A stretch of 64,000 nucleotides of DNA, from NCBI GenBank assembly GCA_965655095.1, contig OZ296649.1, positions 56,482,001 to 56,546,000 on the forward strand, in the 5' to 3' direction. This DNA is from Haplodiscus bocki (taxonomy: Eukaryota). Within the stretch, counting starts at the first letter, position 1. Each line of letters begins with the position of its first letter. The notes beneath the pieces were generated by a model. It ran no database searches, was not told the DNA's origin, and saw only the letters and a program-made list of their open reading frames with translations. The translations under genes and the position numbers were made by a program. Positions 42,401 through 54,400 of the stretch are shown piece by piece.

Positions 42401-45400
42401 TTTTTCGACGTGATTGGAATTTTTTGCTAAATTCGCACCATCCCAAGTTTTTTTCATCATTCTAAGTTATAAGCGCTTTATGTATAACTAGCATCCTTGA
42501 AAACTGTGTTTTATTTTCGGGGAATGTCCATATTTTTTTCAGAATGCGAATCTGGGCGAGAAGATAGCAACTTTGGAGGACGGCGTGAAGGCGTTGCAAG
42601 AAGAGTTGAATCGAGAGAGAAACAAATTCCAACAATGCAACAACGACTTGCACGAAGTTCGACACTCTTGCTCAAACTTGGAACGAGATTACATGCAATG
42701 CGACAAAAATCTCAAAGAAACACAAAACCAGGTTACTTTACATGAATTGCAGAACAATCCTTAACATTTCCCCTTTTCCACGGTAATATTTTGTTCGTAA
42801 TTAATTGTAAGAAAAGAAAGTGATCTAAAAATGTACTAGTATAAAAATTCTTTTGATATTGGCTGTGTCCTTTATAACGCAGTTATTTGATTCACGTTAA
42901 AAGCAGTTTTTGCATCATAGATTTAATAAGAGAAAATTCAACCCGTATTGAAAAAAACTAGAACGAGTTTTTCAGTGATTTCTGTTTTGTAGTTGATGAA
43001 GGCGGAGAACACGATAGCGCATCTGAAAGAAGAGTTAATTGATAGTCACAACAAAGCCAGTGTACTTAAAGAGAGTCTCACTGATGCCCAAGGTCAAATA
43101 AAGACTGCTCATGCCGGTCTCGATGCTGCTGACAGAGACAAGAGAAAACACATCGAAGACGTTAGTTAGCCTACTATCTGATTTCCATTGTCAGACAAAA
43201 CGGAGGGATACACGATGTTTTCCAAATTTAGTAAAATCACAACTAATTCAAACTCAGCGTCGCCGAAAGCCAAAAAAATTATTATGTTCGCAAAATTTTC
43301 GAGATATTGACAATACTTCTAAGCATCTAAGAGTTATCTTTACTTCTATCCTTCTAATTCATGAGTATCGGATGTTGTTTTATGTTTTTTTGGGGGGATT
43401 CCCACAGCGTCGAAATTCCAAACAGATGAAAATAAATAACTGATCTCAAACAGCCGAATTTTTTTCGTAGCCAATAGGATTTGCGAGATTTTAAGATGCG
43501 CGTGCGATATTTAAAATCCGCCAATTAAATTACACGATGATTTTGATGTCATCTCGAAATCCAATCACGATTTAAAGAAAAATGAAATTTAATAATTTAA
43601 TACACTTTGGAATTTACCAAAAACTAGTGTTTCCGAAACAGATAACGCAGCTCGGATGATTTTTTTTCACGCTTTCACGCCTGTGTGACGAGAAATTTAA
43701 CCCTCCCCCTACACAGAATCTTACTCATCTCTGATAGGCCAAAATTCACACTCGCGCGTGACTTAAAACATTACACCGCTTAATATTTCAAATATCCATC
43801 AATGGGGGGGGGAATTGAGGGTTAAATCAGTTGAGGGTGGGGTGGGGTGGGGGATTAAATCAGTTGGAGGGGTAATGAACAGAGAAGATCCAATATTTTG
43901 AATATTAGGTGCAAATTTTACAATCCGTGGACCGGAGACCTCAAAATAATAACTGATATTCTTGTAGTTAGATTTTTTTTTCTGTATTGTCAGTAATTTA
44001 TTTTCGGCTTTGTGAAATGAGTTTCCGAATTTCGGCTGTATGGAAAGTCACCGTTTTTTCAGTCAATTTCTTAAAGTTCTCTCATTTCATGTTTTCCTTT
44101 GTCAATTGACTGCAAGCAAAGGTAACTTAAGTTACATGTACTTTTGCTTATACGCAAGTTTGTACAGTAGTGATTTTAATTAATGCGACTAAGCAATTTT
44201 GATACGCTTTACAAAATCCTAAGTGGAGAAATAAATAATAGATCAGAGTAAACAAAGCTCATTAAAAGGGCTACCACATGGTTATTTCGGTGGATTCCCA
44301 AATGACATAAGACCAGTAAACATAAAATTGAAAAGAGTCTCACTAAACATAAAAATTAAAACTCGTACTGACAAAATGTTCTAAATGGCTAAAATGTACA
44401 TGCGTACAATCCGTTAACTTTGTTATAATATATAGTCAGCGGATGTTTTTACGAACAAAAAATTGTTACTAATAGGGTTAAGTAAGAATCTCCGAGCATA
44501 GCAAGGGCACATATAACAGCCGCCAAGCGGTCGGAACGGGAAAGGCTTCTGGTATTGCAAATCCCTTTCAGGCTGTTATTAGCACAATCGTACTCATTAT
44601 GTATAATACTTATTGACAATTTTATGTTTAGTGAGACTACTTCCAAATTTATGTTTAGTGGTCTTATGTCATTTGGTACTTAATCGTTATTTCATTTGCC
44701 AAAAGAAGTACTTCAAAGAGGTAGAAAATTGCGTCCCAAAGTTGAGTAAAAAAACTATGCAAGCATTGCGAATAACGACTAATTTTGGCAGTTTTCGTAA
44801 AAATCTTGACAATGACGCAGCATAGCACGAAACAAATTACAGAATTTGTTAGTTTTGGTTATTCCCCAGAGCTTCTATCTTGAACACTTTTTTCACAACT
44901 TTGAATTTTCAGAAGAAATTGCAAAATGTAAAAGTATAATTTTGACATCCTATTTTAATACATTGATTTTCAAATTTAGTAGATTCAAAATGAATTTTGG
45001 AGTAGTTTTCAAAAACTTTTCCGCAGACAGATGATATCAGCTGTCGCAGAAACATCAAGGGCATCAATTGATGATGTAAAATTCCAATTAATAATTTTTT
45101 AAAGTTACCAAATTCTCAAAAGAATTTAAAGTTTGGCCAAAAACGCATTTTCTAGTTTTTGCTCCATTTGTTATAAATTTTTCAAGCAAACACCATTATA
45201 ATCTCCTAAAAATTCTAAGAATATTTTCTTTGTAGTACTTTTGTCCAAAATGATTATTCTCGAAGTTATTCGTGCTTAAAGTTGACTTATGCATTAAAGT
45301 TGTCGCATTGATTAAAATCACTACTGTGGTTCAAATTCTACATTTTACAGTCATCATCTGGAACTTGTTTTACAGGTGAACAAATACGAAGATTCCATAA

Positions 45401-48400
45401 CTGACCTCAAGACGAAGTTTGCCGGTAGTCAAGAGGAGGTGCGACAATTGACCAATCAGGTTTCAGATGACAAGCAATATATTCACGAGTTACAGATGGA
45501 GGTGAACACCTTAAAAGGAAACAACAAAGAAACGATGGCGCAGTTGAATGAAAGGTCTTCCCAAAATAGCGGATTGCGATCTGACGTCACGAGACTGACC
45601 CAGAACAACGAGAACCTCACCAACGAGGTACGAGCAACTGAAGAAAAATTGAGACTCGTGAAAAACGAACTGAAGCAAACGCAAGAAAACTACCGAGCCA
45701 CGCAAGACGAGTTGACGCTGTATGAGCACAAACTGGAAGAGACGAACAATAAGCTGTCGGCAGTTAATGAGAAGCATCGTCAAATTTTGATGGAGCTGGG
45801 TGCCCGAGACGACGAAATCAATGGCTTGAGAAATGAACTGACTGGCACTGATGAGAAATTGCGATACAAGCACGAAGAGGTAAATTTTCATTCATTGTCG
45901 CTAAATCAAGAAATTTTGAACTAGTTAATTATGCTTCGGAGTCAGTTGCGTTAGTTTATGTAGGGTATATGTCATATTCACGTTGATGTGTTTTGTTATC
46001 GGTCAATAAAATGAGCTTATCGCATAAAATTTTTAAATCACCTTCAGTGTCGGAAAGTTCTCTCAGGAGTATTGTCATTGTTTCTTCTAAAGTATCACCC
46101 TCTGACATGGAACTGATATGTACTGTTAGTTCATTCTCATGATTATACCCACAAACTTTCAAGATTTGCTGCTTTTTTGCAGTGTAACCGACTCTCCTCT
46201 GAGATGCAAGTGCTGGAGGGCAAGCTGGAGAACTCTCGAGACGAAATTAGTGCGATGAGAATGTCCCTGGATGAGGCTAGGTCAAACTCTGATCGTCTGC
46301 ACAGAGAGAGTGAACTTGTAGTGACCAATGTCAACAAATGGGTCCAAGAACAGAAGTGAGTTGTTAAATTAATCGTATTCTGATCCATAGTATTGAATTC
46401 AGTTTTTAACGGATCTTCAGTAACGTTATGCCGAGTTTTCTTCCATCATGATTGTTTGTGCTTCAGGCACTCTGAGATCTAAGACTAGGTTGGCAAGAGA
46501 ATAAACTGTCATTAAAAGAGATTGTATTTAATTGATGAAAATTGGTTGCATGATGAAGAATTGGTTCACCCATTTGAACGCTCGTAAATGTGGGGATTTA
46601 CGAGTTTGAGAAACTCACCGCCAAGCTGATTACTCGCTGTTAAGTTTCAAAAGTTCAATATCTAAAACGCATTACGATCCCTTTTCTGTGTTACTAAAAA
46701 CGTAGGTTGTGCCTTGAACCGATCTTAACTTTCAAGACTGTCATTTAAACCAAAAAAATTTGCCGAAAGTTTTCGCTTTGAAATGAAAAGAACGAATATG
46801 AAATAGAGTTCCAAGCAGAACCCTTAAAAGGTGCAAAAAGGATGAGATCCATAGCTTTAATCAATTGACCAGAAGCGCAAGCTCGCCCGGAACTGTGGAA
46901 ACGAAATTTTTTATGTATTGGTTGAAGATAAAAACGGCAAAGAGAACAATGCAATTCAAAGGTCGAAAACCCGAAAATCAATATTACGTGATCATTGAAA
47001 GAGGCCTCAACAATGATTGAGAATCCTTGAAGAAATTCAGATCATGATTGATACCTTCACTTGAGGAAAATTCAAAGCAAACTAATTAGCCCTATTTGGA
47101 CCACCGGAATTATAAAGACCCATACGTAGGAAATATTTATTCTGAAGCGAACATGCAGCGAAGCGAATTGAATGAAAAAACAAGATGATTGACTAGCATC
47201 GACATACTTTTCGCCCACTAACAAAGATTTTAGTCAACTTTTGCAAACAGTTAAAAACGAGAATACTGTTTTGAGTCTAGTTTTTCAAAGTTTTCACGAA
47301 CGTCAATTCCACCACTGATTTGTACAATTCCTGGCAATATCGATATACCGGGCTTCCGAAACAAAGTACTAAACCCTAGGTTTTTTTCTGAATCACCTTT
47401 TGAGAATTTGAAACTATCTTGTAAGATCTTGAGAGTGAAAATCCAGCTTGTATTTTTGGAGAAAATGAGTTTGACCATAGGGAAAACCCACTACAAGTTG
47501 CACTTCTGCCAATTTCGGGCCGAAAGACTATAAAATCACAGAACATATTTCGGAATTTGTTTATCGAGTAACCTTATACACAAATAAAAATGTCGACTGA
47601 GGCCTTGGTGGATGAAGTTCAGTCGTTTTGGAGAGATGAATTGAATCTCAAGAAAAACGACATGCATGTGCAAGTTTTGGTATTCTCAGCCAAACAAGTT
47701 TCCTGCTGAGATCAGAAAAACGTAACGTATTGCATCTCAAAACTGTTCAAAAATCAAAACTTGTCTTGATGAAAAAATGCAAACGGTAGCTCTGGAAATA
47801 ACATTGGTTCCATTACAAAGAAGCATCATACATAAAAATGAAATTTGCCAATTTGGGCCCATCACATTATTGAACAAAGGATGGAGTGAAAAAATAGGAA
47901 TCTTGAAGAATCTTTTTCATATACATAATTGATGATTGAGACCTTGACGGAAGAAATCTAGATTGTTGCTTTAGGGAGACCGAGTTTGAATATCAAGACA
48001 AATCAGACCAATGTTCAACTTTCAGCTAGTTTCGCCCATCAGGTTCCCATTTCAAGAAAATAAAAGAATAGTTCGGCAGTCAAGTAACTTTCTCGAGTAG
48101 AAAAGTGTCGATTGATACCCTAGTCGACGGAATGCAGCCAGTAGTTTCGGCGAACAAAAGGTTTGTTTCGCTTGGAAAATCGGAAACTTTTGCACTTTCT
48201 CGCTTTTTCGGTCCTTAAATTTCCGATGCAAGAAATTTTTCACTAAGATATTGTGATTTAACAATGCTCTACATCTGCAACATTCTTGAGTAAGACCTCG
48301 ATGTGAGAAGTTCAGCGGGTGGTTTTGAACAACTCTGATTTGTAAATCAAGATATTTCATATGGATATGCAATTATTGGCACTTTTCGCTCATCAAATTT

Positions 48401-51400
48401 GCGTTGCTAGGAAGCAAGCAAAACAAATGGAATTCACATATGACTTTAGTGGTCGAAAATGATCGACTGATACCTCGACGACTGAAATGCAGCCACTTGT
48501 TTTTAGGACAGGCAGATTTGTTTTTCACGAACAGTGCAAACTTCTCGATTTTGGCTTTATCGGTCCATAACTTATGCAATCCAAGGATCTCTTCCAAGAG
48601 CAATATCATTGGACAATATTCTTTAGGTAGAAGATTGTGCCTTGAAGCCGTGGTAGAAAAAGAAGGTTGTTCTGAAAAGAATCGAGTCCGTTTATCAGAA
48701 TGATCCATACAAACATGCACTTTTTCACTATTTTCCCGTATCATGGTCCGTTCTGAGGAGCCGAACACAATATTGCACAGTCGAGTATCAATTTAAAAGT
48801 ACAAAAACTTCGATTGAGACATTGATGCAAGAATTATATCCGGCATTTCTCACGGAACTTAGGTTTGAGTTGCGAGAAAAATCAACCCTGTGCGCACTTT
48901 TCAGCTAATTCCGTCCTCAAGGTTTCTGATGGAAGAACCGGTATTGAAGATTTTGTTGCTGGAGGATGTTTTGCAAATTGGAAACTGTCGATTGAGACAT
49001 TGGTCAATTCCTTTTTTTGGTAGTATCGAAGACAAAATTAGTTTGATTACCAATGTGGATCATACGTAAACGCAGATTTTGCTAATTTCACTCGAAGTGG
49101 TTTCGATTGGAAAAGTCAAATAGCAAAAAATCTTTCACTGACCACCATTTCACAAGGTAACAATTGTCGAACTGGGCGTTGACGATTGGAAATTGGCTGG
49201 TAGTTCTGAGGAAATTTGGTTTTGTATTTAAATTTAAAAAATTACTTGTCCAATAATTTTTTAGTAGAATTGATTCTTGTCTCAAATACCAGCTTTCAAA
49301 ACCGAAGCACTTCGATTATTAAAGACCTTCATGAGTGATAAATTATAGTTTATGACCTTCATGGCAGCAGTCCATTTGGTCCTTTTTTCAGAAAAATGAC
49401 TGAGTTTCGAAAGTAATAATTATCATTTGGTTTTTCACGCCGATCTGACTTGGGATTATGCAACGTACACAACGTCTTGTTCCAGGAAAATTGAAATTGG
49501 GCACGATTTGCTTTTTTAGTGTCCGAGGCCCAGATACGAAAACACTATACAAGTACTCGAGGAATCTTTTCAGGAAAAACAATTCAACTTTTCAAAACGG
49601 CATGCATTTTATAAAATGACGACATAAATTTCGGATAGTTGAAAATTTAAAAAAGTTGTGAAATTTGCCTTTTTTTCTAGAATCCGGAACAAGTCAGATT
49701 TTTGGTTTACGTTGAAAAATGGAGTCTTTCCGGAAAACAGGAAAACCCAAAACTCTATCGAAAAAACTAGTGTCAAAAAGAAGAGTCGAAAGTGTACGAA
49801 AGTTTCAGGAAACATAAAACCAGCTTCGAATAGAATTGGTGAGTTCTCTGTTGGGGATACCTATTTGCAGTGACGCTGCGTTTATGTTTTGTGCAAGGAG
49901 CCAACGATTCTGCAACACGAACTGTGCGTGACCTTCGCAAATAACGGACAAAAAAATAGCCCAACTGAATTGATTAATTTCCTTTTGGAAAACTTGTCGA
50001 CGGAAACTAAAACAAGCTGAGAGCGCGTCAAATTCAACGTTGTTCATCAGCTCTGCGCCAAAGCTTTGTAAACCATAAAATGATACCTCCTAAAAATGTC
50101 GAAAACTTTTCGCCTCAGAGGTTTCAAGTACTAAAAATTTAGTGAGGGAGCCTTCCTGGAAGTTTCTAGTTAATCTGGAAGTTTCTGGCATGGCCTACTT
50201 GTCCGGTGCGAAAATTGTGGGTGAGCATGGAAAAGGGTATCACAAAAAGATTTCGAAAACTTTCTATCTGCCAGCAAAAACTCGTGATGGGGATCTTTTG
50301 GTGTTTTTGAAAGTTTCTGGTACCAAAATAACTATTCGAAAATGGGGTGTCACTGTTTTTCATCAATTTTTTTGCCTGACTTTACCGAAATGTTTCCCAG
50401 GAGAACCTTTCTGTGTTTCTTAAAGTTTTTGGTTATCGAAAAACTTGGTGCATATCAAGATTTTTTGTCGAGATTTTTTCTCTCACGGTGCCGGAAATTT
50501 TCGTAGACAGGATTTTTTGGGTGTCTGTGAGTACTTGCTTTTGCTTGGCTTTGACTGCACTTTTATGCTCTAAAGTATTACGCTGGAAATAGCAATTAGG
50601 AGAAAAAAGAAAATTCGTTGTCATCTTGAAAACATTCATATAATACTAATTGAAAAAATTACAAAGTACCTTCCAAACTCAACATTTAATTCCTTGAAGC
50701 ACCGACTAAAAATTGGCGGAATATAATATATTTGATGGGATTAGCAAAAAAACTATCCTCGTATTTCAGAACTGTAACAATAAATTAAAAAATTTAGGTA
50801 AATGCTGGGATTCGAACGCGTACCTACCGCTTCAGATCCCTGTTGTCCTGCCCACTGTCCTATGAGAACAAATGGAAATTCTGACGAATAACAGTGAAAT
50901 CATAAATTATCTGACACGACAGGGATTCGAACAAGGACCTAATGCTTGAGAGACTTTCGTCTTAACCTCACTCCTGAGATTTTTTTTCAAAAAAAAGGGT
51001 TGGCAAAAATGAACTGACAAGATAAGAAAAAATGACGCTGCTAAATGAACATATTTTATTATTTATTTAAAAACTTAAGGCGAAAAACAAAAATCGGCAA
51101 AGAAATGAACGACATCGCCGCACCTGATTGGTCGGATTAATCCGAGCAATTAGATTTTAATTGCCAGTGAAAACGAAACTAAGTAAAGCTACTCGGTTTG
51201 CGGACCATGAATAAAACATGAAGTTCGTTCCAATTAACGGTAAGAAAAGCATCAAGGGCTGCATAAAATTCTCATATGTGAAGAAGTTATTGCTATTCTG
51301 AAATGTAATTTTTACATCAGGTTTCACGTTTGCTTGATTCCCAAAGTGCAATCGAACATAGATATTTGGAAAAGTGGAAACTCGGAGGAAGAAAGGTACT

Positions 51401-54400
51401 GTACCGCAACAGATGATCGACTTAACAATTTGGGACACTGGCCTGTCGTTAAGCTGGAATAACCCCGTTGAAAACTTGGACTGCGATGCCAAACTTAAAA
51501 CAAAGTGCCTAAGACGTCTGGTACATCTTTTTTTTGCGGCAAAAAAGTTTTTCAAAATTTTTCATAATGTGAATTAACAGTTTGCTTGCAGAATTACTTT
51601 GCTTTTAAGTTTGGTACCAGAAAGACGCCTGGGAGACGTTGAGAAAAATGGTTCGTTTCGACCACTTCTCAAAAAACGCTGAACTGTTTCGCTTGTTGAA
51701 AATGTTAAAAAGTTCTGGTTTCTAGGATGCTTAAAGCTGCTGTAAATGTTTGTTCTGAGACGCTTACTTAATATGTGGTCCAAATAGGGCTATGTTTTCA
51801 CGTGTCAGGTCAAAATCTCTCAAGTTAAATTTCTTTGGTCAAAATCTCCCAATTCGGCGATTAGTGTAATGGTTTGAACATATCGTCATTGTGCTTAAAA
51901 TTGAATCAAATTATGGACCATTTGCTTCTAAATGTTTAATTAGACTACTATTTCTGGGTGTTAGGTCCCTTAGATATCGAAGCTGAAGGCAAAAAACGTT
52001 ATAGGGACGATGCGGACCTTTTTTCTCAGACCGGACATAGCTGCAATCGGATACTACTGCCTCACGTTATGTGAGGTTCCTGCTTACTTCGTCGTCTACG
52101 CGGATATCGTTCAAGTTTCGTGTTGACAGCACCAGCCATTCAGCGCAGGCCAATCAGTGACTCGCCTATTTTTTGGCGTCTAGAGGTCTACATGTGACAC
52201 ATTACTTGACAAAATTCTTTGTTCAAAGTTCAATTTCTCCTCATAAAAATGACGGAAGTTTCTGATTTTTGCATAACTTTTACCACAAGACTCCAATCCA
52301 CCAAATTTTTAGTTCCAGTTGCAGGCAAAATTTTTTTGACATTTTTTTAAATGAAACAAACTCTAAAATCGAGCTATTTGTAGCCCTTTTGAAGATACTT
52401 GGTCAAAATTTAATTGTACTCCTTCGCACTCAAGTCTCTTAGCAGCCTGAATATTGTATAGGCAACTCAAGAAGACACTAATGTATTAACAGTAAGTTTC
52501 TTTTAATGTACGAAAATTTTTCGATTAAGTTTTTTGCGAAAGGATTGTGGAAACCGATCTTTTAGTGGTGTTTGAAGAAACCGTCAAAATTGATTTTTAT
52601 TTACGGGCATCTAGGTCTCAAAATGGCCGAAAATGTGATCTAATGACTTTTTGCTGTGGAGTGAAAATGGTTTGACGCTTTTTTTGCGGAAGAATTTTGA
52701 AGATCGATCAATATATCGCTCATTGAAGATACTTTGTCAAAAGTAGGTTGTGGTACTTAGCACATAGGTCTCCCATTTACCCTCATTTTTGCTGCATACC
52801 TATGCAGACCCCAATCTATCAACTTTTGACATTCGTTTGCGGTTCGAAACTTTTCCGATTAGTGCTTTTTGTGGAAAGATCGTGAAAATTGATATCATAT
52901 TGGCTTTTTTGAAGTTACTTTCTCACATTTACGTACTATATCCTAGCACCTATTCTCCAAGTCTCCTAGCTCCTAATTCTCCAAATCAACTATTTTTATA
53001 TAGACTTAACAAGGACACTCTACGTTATAAATTCTTCATATCGCTTCGATATTCGAGCCCCGCCAGGGGCTATTTTAAGAACACTTTTGTACTCGGGCTG
53101 GGGTGTTTTCAGTGTGCCTCTCGTTCACAGATTTTCTAAAAATTTTGGTGTAACAAAGTATCACAAAAATTTGGTTTTTGCAAAAAATGGCCCATGCTAA
53201 GAGCTTTTACGAAGATTTTGGTCTTTGCTTTTCATTTTTTTCAGTCTTGAATTGGCCATCTAAATTTGCGGTGAAATTGAAATCTAAAAAGGGATTCGCA
53301 AAACTGCCCGCAATTATCTTTGAAATAAATTTTGGTTTGTAAAAAGGCCCAGGAAAGTTTTTGCTTGTATTTTTGAATTTTGTTTTGTAACAATGCAAAA
53401 GGGAATATCACAAGTGTTTTCGGGCTTTGCAATGCGAAAAAAGATTTGGAATTAGGCAAAAGTGGTGTCAGGTGAACTTTTTAAAAAACCAAACCTCCAA
53501 ATAAAATAGTTAAAATAGCAAAAAAAGCTTGCCATCTACAATTTTTACCGTCTTTTCATAAACCATTCGTGGGCAATATGAAGTATTTATCGGAAAATTG
53601 TATAGTATATAAGAAATCAAACGAAATCTAAGACCTTTTTCAAAATTTTTCCAAGTTGTTGAGATATTGACTTCCGAAGATGAACATTTCGGAAATGGAA
53701 ATTGCAATAAAAGCTTTGTCGACTAATTAGTGTTGTAATTTCAAAACTAAATTCCTAATTAGTGGCAACTATTTGTCCAAATAACTTGATTAAGGTCGTA
53801 CGTTTTGGCGTAAAGGTAATTCAAGAGATTTTGACCTAGGAAATTTTGGCATGTAACCAAGATTTCAATCGGCTTCAATTTTGAAGATGGGTTTCAACAA
53901 CAAGAGGGGAAGGCACTCATTATCCTTTATAAGAACACACTTATGAGGCGGAATCGAGCCTCATTTGTTCTTGACGAAAACAGCGAATTGAGCCTCAATT
54001 GTTCTTAAAATGTTTTTAGTGTACATGCATGACGTAATTATTGCTCAGTTTGTGAAATTACTGAATACTACTGCCACTATTAATTGGTACAGCTTAGCGG
54101 CTGGCTGTTACACGTATTTCATCTGACAAAATTGTGCTGTTGTTAATTTTCTGATGCCATCGGATAAACAAAAACTGTATTTAGTTAGAAATTAGAAATG
54201 GAGATCCAGATTCATAATTTGTCTGATAACACTTCTCGAATAATTTTGAGCCTGGATTGTTCTTGAGTGTTCTTAATCAAAAAAAATTTCAGACCCTCAT
54301 GTTCTTATAAAAATGTTCTTATAAAAGGTAATGAGTGTATCTGAAATTACACCAATTTGTGTGAAAATTTGATAGATCCAAAAATCTTTATCCAGAGGTT

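Noticed and set aside
45511-45891. Minus-strand ORFs opposite exons (also 19588-19851, 29076-29267, 54437-54619)
   Set aside because: Typical antisense open frames of coding exons.
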